Source: Opitutaceae bacterium (GTDB lineage: Bacteria > Verrucomicrobiota > Verrucomicrobiia > Opitutales > Coraliomargaritaceae). From it: a stretch of 64,000 nt of DNA. The position numbers were made by a program, and so were the translations under genes. The stretch spans positions 256,001 through 320,000 of the forward strand of contig JBPOFY010000003.1 of the NCBI GenBank assembly GCA_051252375.1, read 5' to 3'. Numbering within the stretch: position 1 is the first letter of the stretch; each line of letters opens with the position of its first letter. Shown here piece after piece: positions 1-9,172 of this stretch. Under the pieces are notes generated by a model. The model searched no databases and was not told where the DNA came from. It saw nothing but the letters and a program-made list of their open reading frames with translations.

Positions 1-1205
1 ACGCGCGGATTATGGACCGAGCGTCCGTCCCAGTATTTGGCACCACGAGCGCCCAGAGCGACATCGACAAATTCGTAAGGGCCTTCCGGGGTGTCGGACA
101 CGCAGTGCGCGATCTCGGAGGCAACCATCCAGCCTGGGTGGAAAGGTAGTTCCTTTGGCCAGCGGCTGACGAACATGTGGTATTTGCCGTCGTCGGCTTT
201 AGCAACAGAGCTGCCCCATACCCAGTAGTCTTCTTGTTCAATACCGCCACCGACTGGAGCGGGAGCGATGTTTTTATACAAAGTGTTTTCCCACTTACTT
301 GATGCCTCTTGTTTCGGTTCAAGCTGGTAGATCTTTAGGTTTCTATATTGGTGATGCGTGCGCACTAAGCGGAGCCCGAAATAGCCTTCATCGTATGCCG
401 GATAGTCTTCACGCGAGTAGGTGCGTTCAGTGGTGACTGTCTCGCCATCAACACGGGACTCGGAGACGATGGTGTCGCCATACTTGATCTCGTAGAAGAC
501 TTTACCATCCATGATGTATTGAACCATGCCGTCGTCGGCTACGAGCTGGACGGTGTGCCACTTGCCCGGGGTGAGCAAGTAGTCGGTCTTGCCGTCCTTA
601 TCGTTAAGCGAGATATGGGCAATGTCTTTGCCATTTTCCCAGCGTGGATAGCGACGGAAGCGGGTGGTTTGATTGCCGACATGACCACCACCGCCGGTGC
701 TGGCATAGTAACCTTGCATCTCGTGATAGCTGACAAAACCGCCGTGGTATTGGTCTTCAGTTGTGGTGAGGAGTGCGTCGAATTCTTTCGGGTCGGAGCA
801 GTGCCAGAAGTTGTTCACATCGCGTGCTTGGATGCTGTCACCATTGATCGTTTCGAGCGGGCATTTGACCTGATAGACAATCGTGATCGGTCCGGAGAGT
901 TTTTTGTTCAACCAAGCGGTGCAACCTGTCGCGGGCATATAGGCATCCAGCATGCCGCCATCCATCTTGACCTTGCCTTTTTGTGGGGCACCCGGGTCTT
1001 CCTGTATTTGGATGACCCAGTTATCCTTGTCGCTGAAGTCGGTTTCGTAGATCAGCTCGCCGATAGTGAAACTGTCGGCTCCGTAGCCGATCGCGACAGG
1101 TTGGGGTGCCTTCGCTGTGTTGATACTAGTATTTGCACAGGCGCTTATGGTGAAAGCGAGTATGAGTGCACATGCGGATGTGGTGTATTTGTGTAATGAG
1201 TTCAT
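1..1205 (-). CDS. Lipoprotein-like fusion: DUF6250/YesU-like domain + GH43-like (clan F/J five-bladed propeller) domain; 3' end runs off the window
   Basis: Not in the ORF track because there is no stop in the window. Manual translation from ATG at 1205 gives MNSLHKYTTSACALILAFTISAC (lipobox-like). The next ~270 aa are homologous to 50293..51168 (NNFWHCSDPKEFDALL, GYYASTGGG, RRYPRWENGKDI). The frame then continues into YWVWGSSVAKADDGKYHMFVSRWPKELPFHPGWMVASEIAHCVSDTPEGPY, typical of GH43-like propellers. Confidence 0.85.
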   Translation of the reverse strand, partial: MNSLHKYTTSACALILAFTISACANTSINTAKAPQPVAIGYGADSFTIGELIYETDFSDKDNWVIQIQEDPGAPQKGKVKMDGGMLDAYMPATGCTAWLNKKLSGPITIVYQVKCPLETINGDSIQARDVNNFWHCSDPKEFDALLTTTEDQYHGGFVSYHEMQGYYASTGGGGHVGNQTTRFRRYPRWENGKDIAHISLNDKDGKTDYLLTPGKWHTVQLVADDGMVQYIMDGKVFYEIKYGDTIVSESRVDGETVTTERTYSREDYPAYDEGYFGLRLVRTHHQYRNLKIYQLEPKQEASSKWENTLYKNIAPAPVGGGIEQEDYWVWGSSVAKADDGKYHMFVSRWPKELPFHPGWMVASEIAHCVSDTPEGPYEFVDVALGARGAKYWDGRSVHNPR

Positions 1206-1421
1206 CGCTGGAGAGAGAGGGGGGTTATTTAACTGTTAGCTCTTGAAAAGCAGTGTTTTCGCCTCGTGTGTTGATGGCGACTGTTTTCCAAATGATCCAC
1301 TTGAAGTTGCCAAAGTTTTGTCCATTGGCGGCATTCAGGGAGACGCTGATGAAGTCTTTGCTTTTGATACTTCAAGTGCCTCAGGGCCGATCGGGGTGAA
1401 TCGCTGCATGTCGATGTAGCG

Positions 1422-3167
1422 CTAGAGTGCTTCCACCTCGGTAAAGTAGGCGCCGCCAGCTTCTCCCTTTTCGTCGTAGAGGTATGTCAAGAGTTCGGCT
1501 TCACCTACGGGTAGCTCTAGCTCAATCACGATACCTTTACTGTTTGGCTTCACTTCGACTTCTTTTTCGAGACCGGCAATTTGCACCTTAGCCCGCACGG
1601 CGACGACAGGTTTGTCTGCTAGCTTCGGGTATTGGCGCAGCGTGAAACGATAGCGACCAGCCTGTTTGACATTGAGCATCCATGGCGCGGTGACGCGTGG
1701 GAGGTTGCCAATCAAACGGAAATTCCAAGGCGGGTTGCCCTCGGGCATATACCAGTCTTGTGAGCAAAGCTCGACAGGGTTCTCGCTTGGGTTGCCAATG
1801 TCGAGGCGCACGGCACGCATACCTTTAACTGCAGATTTCCAATACGGCTCGTAGTGGGACCAGAGTTGCTCAACCACTTCTGGATACTCGGCAGCGACAT
1901 CTTTGCGTTGCGAGGGGTCAGCTTGAATATCGAAAAGTTCGCGACCGTGAATGAGGCGCCAGCGTTCGGTCATGATGTAGGAGAACTCTGCCTTCAGGCG
2001 ATCTTCCGGAAAGGCAGGGCCGCCATGAAATTGTAAGACGACCGGTTCGCGTTCCCAAGGGGTGTCGGCGCACTTTAGCAGTGGTGCGAGCGAGCGACCA
2101 TCCATTTCACGGTCGGTCGGCATGGGGATGTTGCAGAGTTCGGCAAGTGTCGGAAAGAGGTCGACATGCACGGAAAGTTTATCGATGTCGTAGCCACCTT
2201 CGATTCCAGCCGCAGGCCAGCGAATGAAAAAAGGCACGCGGTGACCGCCTTCGTAAACGGAAGCTTTGCGACCACGCATATCAGCGTTGAATCCCCAGGT
2301 TGCTTCTGAGTCGTTGTTGTCGAACTTCGAACCTAGATAGGTGCCGTTATCTGTCATGAAGATCAGGATCGTGTTGTCCTCCAGATCCAGCTCCTTGAGC
2401 TTTTCGCGGAGCAAACCGAAGTTGTGATCGATGTTGGCGATCATCCCGAAGTAATCGGCGCGAACCGGCTCGTCGACTAGGTCCTCGTAGGGCTTCGACC
2501 ATTCCTCGCCGACGATGATCGGTGTGTGCGGAGCATTCAGAGGCAGGTATAGGAAGAATGGCTTGTCCTTGTTTTCTTCCATGAAGCGCATGCCTTCGCG
2601 AAACCAGATGTCGGTGCAGTAACCTTCGAAGCGCTCGAGCTTGCCGTTACGTTCATAGACATCGTCGAAGTAGTCGTTGCCCCAATAGTCGGAGACTTGG
2701 CCGATACCACCACAGCGGTGCCACACGACATCTTGAAAGCCGAAGTCCTGCGGGCGATTGGGGGCGTTGTCACCGAGGTGCCATTTGCCATACATCGCGG
2801 TTGCATAGCCATTGTCGGCAAAGAAATTTGCTAGTGTGCGTTCTTCGGCGTGCAGCATCGTGCGCCCAGCGCTGGTGCGGTAGGCGCCGTTTTTGCCGGG
2901 GTCGCGACCAGTCAGTAAAGCCCCGCGAGTCGGTGTGCAGAGCGGGCTGACATGGTAGTCGGTAAATCGAACGGACTCCGCATGCATGCGGTCGAGGTTC
3001 GGTGTCTTAACGATCGGATTGCCGTGGCAACTCAGGTCACCGTAGCCTTGGTCGTCGGTTAGGACGAAGATGACATTGGGGCGCTTTGTTTCTGCATGTA
3101 TCAATGGTCCCAGCAGAGTGAGCAGGCTTAAGAAAGCGATGGCGGGGAGGAGACGGGGAGACTTCAT
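1422..3167 (-). CDS. Formylglycine-dependent sulfatase (S1) with C-terminal extension
   Basis: Signal peptide; PNVIFVLTDDQG; CTPTR motif; GKWHLG; C-terminal beta domain. Confidence 0.95.
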   Translation of the reverse strand: MKSPRLLPAIAFLSLLTLLGPLIHAETKRPNVIFVLTDDQGYGDLSCHGNPIVKTPNLDRMHAESVRFTDYHVSPLCTPTRGALLTGRDPGKNGAYRTSAGRTMLHAEERTLANFFADNGYATAMYGKWHLGDNAPNRPQDFGFQDVVWHRCGGIGQVSDYWGNDYFDDVYERNGKLERFEGYCTDIWFREGMRFMEENKDKPFFLYLPLNAPHTPIIVGEEWSKPYEDLVDEPVRADYFGMIANIDHNFGLLREKLKELDLEDNTILIFMTDNGTYLGSKFDNNDSEATWGFNADMRGRKASVYEGGHRVPFFIRWPAAGIEGGYDIDKLSVHVDLFPTLAELCNIPMPTDREMDGRSLAPLLKCADTPWEREPVVLQFHGGPAFPEDRLKAEFSYIMTERWRLIHGRELFDIQADPSQRKDVAAEYPEVVEQLWSHYEPYWKSAVKGMRAVRLDIGNPSENPVELCSQDWYMPEGNPPWNFRLIGNLPRVTAPWMLNVKQAGRYRFTLRQYPKLADKPVVAVRAKVQIAGLEKEVEVKPNSKGIVIELELPVGEAELLTYLYDEKGEAGGAYFTEVEAL

Positions 3168-3473
3168 TTTAAGTAGATGGTCCTTAGGACACTCGGGGAG
3201 AGTAAAAGTTTGAATTTGGCGCTATTCAGGGGAGGGGATGTCACATTACACTTACGGCGATTATAGATATTTCAACACTAGCTAGCGTGACATAGGCAAT
3301 AATGATTCGTAAATGGGGGAGTTTCCATGTTAACCCTCGTTTATGTGGTTCATTTCGAGGGATACTGCGTCATCTTTGAATCTCAAGCAAATGAGCGTAT
3401 GACTGCTTTAAGATAGAGGTGGTCAGCCGACGAATTCCTCGAAATATGTTTATGGTTCGTAAAATTCGCTAGA

Positions 3474-3487
3474 GTCAAACGTTTGAA
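3474..3487. promoter_or_regulatory. Palindromic operator, copy 1 (GTCAAACGTTTGAA)
   Basis: In the divergent intergenic region between the sulfatase and the PEP-CTERM gene; motif recurs six times, always upstream of genes. Confidence 0.75.
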
Positions 3488-3597
3488 CTGGTAGTGCCTT
3501 TATAAAGGCTTCTAAGTGAATAGATATTAGATAAATACAGGCCACTACTTACACTACCGCTGTTACTTAGAGACCGATATTTCCTTCTTCTGACCCA

Positions 3598-4635
3598 ATG
3601 AACTACCCGATACCAAAGATTGTAATTTTTACCGCTGGAATGATTGCTGCGAGCATCAGCGCGCAGACAACAAATTTCGCTTGGGATGGTGGCGGTTCGA
3701 ATACGAAATTTGAGAACCCGCTTAACTGGAGTAGCGGCACGCTTCCCGTGTCAACTGGTAAGGGGTCTATGCAAATTTTGCTTGAGAATGGTGGCACCAT
3801 GACTTTCGACATTGCTTCGGGTAAATGGACCATCGATCGGATGGACATCAGCAACGGTTCAGTGTTTAACATGATGGGTGGCACTTTTGACCTTGGTCAA
3901 TCTGGTGCAGTGGTCCGCATGAATGTTGGGCTAGCTGGTCGTGGTTCCACTCTGAATCAATCAGGTGGCAATTTGTTGGTTGGGCATATGTTGCGAGTGG
4001 GGAACAAGCAGGCGTCGGGCACTTACAATCTAAGTGGCGGCACGTTGAATATCTATCGTGCAGGACGTAGTCTCATAAATGCACCAGCAGGACCTTCTCT
4101 TTCACTGGGTCCCGGCAATGCGGAGGCGGCAATGAATATTTCCGGTGGGTCGATGACTTCTCGTTTCGGTGTAGAAATTGATTTGAAAGCCATATTCCAG
4201 GTGCTTGGAACCGGTGCATCGAAGATCGGTATTGGTATGAGCAAACGCCAGGGATTTGGTTCTTGGTATCAGAAGGGCACGCTCAGCGTGGGGATTGGCT
4301 CGAAGGGCGTCACCAAAATTGAAATAGTTGGAAACGCATCTAAAGATCAGTTTGTCACTTTACTATCCGGTTCTGTGTTAGATCTGAGTTTCTATGGGAC
4401 AAATCCTTATTCGGGGACATGGACGATACTCGAAGTGCAAGATGCTAATATTGTCGACGAGGGACTACTGCTTTCTGCTGCGACTCGAGCGGATCCAAAT
4501 TGGTCGTTCGAGATCGATAACACTGGTCGGGTGGGTCGCCTAAATGCCAAATATGTCGATATTCCCGAGCCAAAGTCTTTCGCGTTGGTTCTCGGTGGCA
4601 TCTGCTTATTTGCTGTGCTGCGTCGTAGAGCTTAG
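3598..4635 (+). CDS. PEP-CTERM surface protein, Gly/Ser-rich beta-solenoid-like, no recognisable catalytic domain
   Basis: Signal peptide; C-terminus IPEPKSFALVLGGICLFAVLRRRA; repeated motifs such as NQSGG, NLSGG, NISGG. Confidence 0.9.
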   Translation: MNYPIPKIVIFTAGMIAASISAQTTNFAWDGGGSNTKFENPLNWSSGTLPVSTGKGSMQILLENGGTMTFDIASGKWTIDRMDISNGSVFNMMGGTFDLGQSGAVVRMNVGLAGRGSTLNQSGGNLLVGHMLRVGNKQASGTYNLSGGTLNIYRAGRSLINAPAGPSLSLGPGNAEAAMNISGGSMTSRFGVEIDLKAIFQVLGTGASKIGIGMSKRQGFGSWYQKGTLSVGIGSKGVTKIEIVGNASKDQFVTLLSGSVLDLSFYGTNPYSGTWTILEVQDANIVDEGLLLSAATRADPNWSFEIDNTGRVGRLNAKYVDIPEPKSFALVLGGICLFAVLRRRA

Positions 4636-4749
4636 TGGCTCACTTACCCCGGCAAGATTGAGTGTAGATTCTGCCTAGATCGCATTCATAATTTATTTTG
4701 TTCGTAGATTATAAATGTCCTCAGAGCTGACTAGCGAGGTGGACATTCT

Positions 4750-4763
4750 TTCAAACGCTTGAA
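4750..4763. promoter_or_regulatory. Palindromic operator, copy 2 (TTCAAACGCTTGAA; extended palindrome 4745-4768)
   Basis: About 80 bp upstream of the 4846 operon. Confidence 0.75.
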
Positions 4764-4845
4764 AGAATTTTGCCGCATAACATTTTGTTTAGAGCAAAAT
4801 AAGTTTTAGGGTTATCCGTTTTTCTATTCACTACGTATTCATTTT

Positions 4846-7239
4846 ATGAAGCAAATTACCTCCATTCTCTTATTCGCATCGCTCGTCGTCTCAGCATCTG
4901 CGAGTCGACCACAAGTGCTTATACAGCCTGATCAGCGCGAAGCTTTCTTGAATAAGATTGGAACCATCGACTGGGCTGAAAGCGCTTTTGCGACGGTCAA
5001 GCAACGTGTTGATAAATACGTAGCGAAGACGGCGGAGCAACCGGATTGGATGCTCTCTCGTTTGGCGATGAATTGGGATACACATTATGTGCAGGCCGTC
5101 ACCAAGGGCTCGCGCACGATTGGTGGCAAAGGTCGTGCTCCCGTGCCGACTCCACGTTTTGCCGGTGCCCGTGACTGGAAGACGGACTACAATCGTCAGC
5201 CGTTTGATGAGTTGCGTCCTTACAATGACAAGGACGGACAGATCATGCTGGTGAATACGACTACTGGTGTTGAAGAGTGGGTCGACCCGTCGATCACGGG
5301 TCACTCCATTGAGCGCATCAACAAAGAGATCCTGCAACTTGTGGCTGAAGCGGCTTTTGTATATTGGGTCACCGGCGATGAGGAATATGCCGAGTTTGCT
5401 GCGCCAGTGCTGTGGCAGTTTATGCACGGTCTGTCTTATGTAGAGCCACCAGCTATTTTAGATGGGGACAAGGGACCGCATCGTATCATTGGCACTTTTA
5501 CTTATGAAGTGATCCACGAGAGTGCGATTAACGAGATCGCGGTGGCCTATGATTTCTTGCATGACTACATTGTCGCTCATCAGGAAATGCAGCCAACGGT
5601 GATTGAATCCGGAATCAAAACAGTGATCGACCGTGTCATTGCTGGTGGAGGCCGCACGGGCAACTGGAACTTACACCAAGCACGCGAAATTGCTTACGGT
5701 GGTTTGTCTTTGCAGAGCAACGATGCTTACGAGGACAACAAAGGTCGCGAGTATTATATTGATATCGTTCTGCATGCGGACTTACCGCATCAATGGGGGA
5801 TCATTCCCGTGATCGAGGAGGGCTATGATCAAGAGACTGCGATCTGGCCGGAAGCTGCGGGTTATGCTTTCGATACCACCGCGAATATCGTGCAACTGGC
5901 ATCAATGCTTGCAGTCACGCCGAGTGGTCAAAAAGCGATTGAGCACCCGACGCTGCAACGCGCGGTCGTCAATCAGATGAAACAGCTATATCCGAATGGT
6001 GCCTCCACCGGTATTGGTGATACCAGTTATACACGTTTGGATTCGCGCGCTGCTGAACTGATGCTCGTGCATGCAGTGGAGAGTGGCAAAACCGAGTTGG
6101 CCGAGACCTTATCGATCGCCATCCAAAAGGAAGTTGCTTCCGGAAGTTATGTTCGTGGCACAGAGGATGCATTGTTGGCACTGACACGTTACCTTTCTTT
6201 GTTACCTGAAGGAGCGGGCAAAGGCCTTGAATTGACGCCCACTTATTATGCCAAACCTCTGGATGTTGTCATGTTGCGAAACATGCCATCCAACGACGAT
6301 TCGAAGTATGCACTCAGTGCGGCAGTCTTCGGCACCAACGGTGGGCATATGCATGCCAATGGTCTGGCCGTTGAGCTCTTTGGTGCGGGTCATGTTTTGG
6401 GCTTCGATTCCGGACGTGGTTCCAGTTACTGGCAACCCGATCATAATGAATACTACAAGCTCGCGCCTGCGCACAACACGGTCGTCGTCAATGGTGTCTC
6501 GAGTTATAGCACGCACGGCAAGGGCATGATTCAGATGGAGGTCGAGCAAGTGGAACCCGCTTTCGATCAACCGATGGGGGAGGATGGTCTGGCTTATTTG
6601 ACATCCACCTTTCAATATAAAAAGCCCGAAGCGATGCAGCAACGCACACTCGCACTCGTGCGAGTGGATGATACCACCGCATTCTACTTCGACGTCTTCC
6701 GTTCCAAACTCAAGTTAGGCAGTCGGGGAGAGTATCACGATTGGTTCTATCACGGCATGGCCGACGGAGTTGAAGTGGCTGACTTGAAATTAAGCCCGAG
6801 CAAATTGCTGACTTCAAAGTCTAGGAATATGAAAGCTTACGATTACTTCTCGAACGAAGTGTCTGCGAAAACTGATGAATTGGTCCGCACACGTTTTCCA
6901 CTCGAAATCGTAGGTGATGAAGTCGCGATGGATGTCTGGATGCTCGGGGAAAACGGTCGCCAAGTATTCACTGTCGATGCGCCGGCCAATCGAGGTGCTC
7001 GCCATAATTACCCTGAGAAATATTGGGATCGCCTAACGCCCACCTTGGTGGTTCGTCAATATGGAGAGGCGTGGAAACGTCCGTTCGTCGCTGTTTATGA
7101 ACCCTTCCATCAGAAAGAGGGTGCTAAGCTAAAAAGTGTGGAGCAAGTTGGCGAAAATACTTGGCGAATTTCTGGTGACAAATGGTCACGTATTTTAAAG
7201 TTAGACGGTGCCAAATTGAGTATTTCAACAGAGAATTAA
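4846..7239 (+). CDS. Heparinase II/III-like polysaccharide lyase (possibly PL40-like)
   Basis: Signal peptide; helical N-half with GNWN and WPEAAGY; C-half with GGHMHANGLAVELFG and AHNTVVVNG, characteristic of the heparinase II/III domain. PL40 is a recalled resemblance only. Confidence 0.75.
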   Translation: MKQITSILLFASLVVSASASRPQVLIQPDQREAFLNKIGTIDWAESAFATVKQRVDKYVAKTAEQPDWMLSRLAMNWDTHYVQAVTKGSRTIGGKGRAPVPTPRFAGARDWKTDYNRQPFDELRPYNDKDGQIMLVNTTTGVEEWVDPSITGHSIERINKEILQLVAEAAFVYWVTGDEEYAEFAAPVLWQFMHGLSYVEPPAILDGDKGPHRIIGTFTYEVIHESAINEIAVAYDFLHDYIVAHQEMQPTVIESGIKTVIDRVIAGGGRTGNWNLHQAREIAYGGLSLQSNDAYEDNKGREYYIDIVLHADLPHQWGIIPVIEEGYDQETAIWPEAAGYAFDTTANIVQLASMLAVTPSGQKAIEHPTLQRAVVNQMKQLYPNGASTGIGDTSYTRLDSRAAELMLVHAVESGKTELAETLSIAIQKEVASGSYVRGTEDALLALTRYLSLLPEGAGKGLELTPTYYAKPLDVVMLRNMPSNDDSKYALSAAVFGTNGGHMHANGLAVELFGAGHVLGFDSGRGSSYWQPDHNEYYKLAPAHNTVVVNGVSSYSTHGKGMIQMEVEQVEPAFDQPMGEDGLAYLTSTFQYKKPEAMQQRTLALVRVDDTTAFYFDVFRSKLKLGSRGEYHDWFYHGMADGVEVADLKLSPSKLLTSKSRNMKAYDYFSNEVSAKTDELVRTRFPLEIVGDEVAMDVWMLGENGRQVFTVDAPANRGARHNYPEKYWDRLTPTLVVRQYGEAWKRPFVAVYEPFHQKEGAKLKSVEQVGENTWRISGDKWSRILKLDGAKLSISTEN

Positions 7240-7242
7240 TAT

Positions 7243-8652
7243 ATGAATCATAAGAAGTTTTCACTATTCGCAGGTCTATTTGTTGTGTGCTGCTTGGCGG
7301 TCTGCCAAGGCGCCTCAAGGCAGCCAAACATCGTTCTGATCATGAGTGACGATCAAGGTTGGGGGGATGTTGGCTTTAATGGTCATAAAGAACTGAAGAC
7401 ACCTAACCTGGATGCTATGGCCGCAGGTGGTGTTCGCTTTGATCGCTTCTATGCGTCGGCACCGCTTTGTTCGCCGACCCGTGGCAGTGTCCTTACCGGG
7501 CGCTATCCGTTCCGTTATGGCATCCTCGCCGCGCATACAGACGGTTTGCGGGTGGGAGAGTTCACTGTTGCTGAAATGCTCAAGAGCCAAGGCTATGCGA
7601 CTGGGTTCTTTGGTAAGTGGCACATCGGCTGGGTTCGTATGGAAGACAGTGGCTCACGTGGTCATTTCTCTCCACCTTCGCTCCATGGCTTTGACGAATG
7701 GTTCGCCACCACCAGTGCTGTGCCGACTTGGAACCCGACAGTGACTCCGATGAACTGGGACAGCTGGGGGAATAAACCCGGTGAGCCTTGGAAGGGTGGG
7801 GACCCTTACGTGCACAACGGCGTGGCCGTGACTGAAAACATGCAGGGCGACGACAGCCGTATCATTATGGATCGGGTGATTCCCTTTATTGAAGCGAACC
7901 AAGGCAAGCCTTTCCTCGCGACAGTATGGTTTCACGCGCCACACGAACCTGTGGTGGCTGGTGAGGAATACAAAAAGCTCTACCCGAAAGGCGGCGAGTT
8001 ACGAAAGAATTACTACGGCTGTATCACTGCCATGGATGATCAGATCGGTCGCTTACGTGCGAAGTTGCGCGAGCTCGGCATCGAGAAAAATACGGTCGTC
8101 TTCTTCTGTAGCGATAATGGACCCGCAGACCCGCTGGCAAAAAAGGACATTGCCTCGGCCGGTCCGTTTAAGGGGCATAAGCATACTATGTATGAAGGCG
8201 GGCTACTCGTGCCGGCCTGCGCTGAATGGCCGGGTGTGATTGAGCCGGGAGTAGTCGTGGAGACGCGTTGCTCGACGGTGGACTATTTTCCGACCATCGC
8301 GGCGCTCACAGGTTTCAGTTTTAAATCAAAAGAGGCGCGTCCGATCGATGGTATCGATTTGATGCCACTCGTCAGAGGTGAGCAAGTTGAGCGTGGGCAG
8401 GATCTGTTTTTCGGCTATCGACGTTTGTTTGAAGGCACCGATGGAGCCGCTGTAATCAGTGGTGACTATAAACTGCTCCGGGAAGCGAAGAAGAATGGGC
8501 GTATGCGTCTGTATAATTTGGCTGAAGATCCTTTCGAGACGAAGGATCTCACGAGCGAGATGCCTGAAGTGGCGGCCGCGCTCAGCAAGCGTCTCCAAGA
8601 ACTGGATGCGAGCTGCCAGCGTAGTCGCGATGGGGCGGATTACAAATATTAG
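7243..8652 (+). CDS. Formylglycine-dependent sulfatase (S1)
   Basis: PNIVLIMSDDQG, CSPTR, GKWHIG; starts 3 bp after the lyase gene. Confidence 0.95.
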   Translation: MNHKKFSLFAGLFVVCCLAVCQGASRQPNIVLIMSDDQGWGDVGFNGHKELKTPNLDAMAAGGVRFDRFYASAPLCSPTRGSVLTGRYPFRYGILAAHTDGLRVGEFTVAEMLKSQGYATGFFGKWHIGWVRMEDSGSRGHFSPPSLHGFDEWFATTSAVPTWNPTVTPMNWDSWGNKPGEPWKGGDPYVHNGVAVTENMQGDDSRIIMDRVIPFIEANQGKPFLATVWFHAPHEPVVAGEEYKKLYPKGGELRKNYYGCITAMDDQIGRLRAKLRELGIEKNTVVFFCSDNGPADPLAKKDIASAGPFKGHKHTMYEGGLLVPACAEWPGVIEPGVVVETRCSTVDYFPTIAALTGFSFKSKEARPIDGIDLMPLVRGEQVERGQDLFFGYRRLFEGTDGAAVISGDYKLLREAKKNGRMRLYNLAEDPFETKDLTSEMPEVAAALSKRLQELDASCQRSRDGADYKY

Positions 8653-8684
8653 TGGGTTTGTTGAGCTATCATCCTTAAAAGAGT

Positions 8685-8823
8685 AGTTAGAAGTCAGAAG
8701 ACAGGAGTTAGAAGCTGAGCATCAGTGCTTTATGGCGTCTTTGCCTCTCGCCAAATTGCGGCAAGAGACGAATCTATAAGGACTTCATTATCAAAGACTA
8801 ACTTCTGACTCCTAACTCCTGAA
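8685..8823. repeat. Inverted heptamer arrays (AGTTAGA/AGTCAGA/AGACAGG ... ACTTCTG/ACTCCTA/ACTCCTG)
   Basis: Four degenerate 7-mers at ~8685-8714 and three complementary 7-mers at ~8801-8823, around an ~85 bp spacer. Confidence 0.7.
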
Positions 8824-8874
8824 TATAGGATCATCTAGAGCATACGCTAGTTCATCGGTGATTCATGCTCAATT

Positions 8875-8948
8875 GGTAGGGACGCCTGCCCACAGGCGTC
8901 CGAGACAGCAGGAAAGATCGTGGACGCCTAGAGGCAGGCGTCCCTACC
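8875..8948. repeat. GTAG-type REP doublet (REPIN), family A
   Basis: GGTAGGGACGCCTGCCCACAGGCGTCCG ... TGGACGCCTAGAGGCAGGCGTCCCTACC; near-identical arms at 11838. Confidence 0.85.
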
Positions 8949-9067
8949 ATATACTTATACCAGTCTGGTTTTTATTTAAGTACTATCTACCTGGTCTGCT
9001 CTCCTTTTCATTACCTAGATCAAACTTTTTTGAAAGTGGGTGAAAATTCGCTCTAAAAAGGAGCGAA

Positions 9068-9081
9068 TTCAACCGCTTGAC
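9068..9081. promoter_or_regulatory. Palindromic operator, copy 3 (TTCAACCGCTTGAC)
   Basis: About 90 bp upstream of the 9173 start. Confidence 0.75.
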
Positions 9082-9172
9082 CTACGTTGTTGTTGATTGA
9101 TGACGGAAAATGTCAGAAAAAGTAAATTCTAATTTCCCTCTAGCTCTAATTCAACAGATCAAAACACCCCTT

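Noticed and set aside
519..1196. 225-aa plus-strand ORF
   Set aside because: Antisense shadow of the real minus-strand DUF6250-GH43-like gene, which has a clear paralog at 50293.
9110..9172. Upstream start for the PEP-CTERM gene
   Set aside because: The signal peptide begins at ATG 9173; the extension has no signal-like character.
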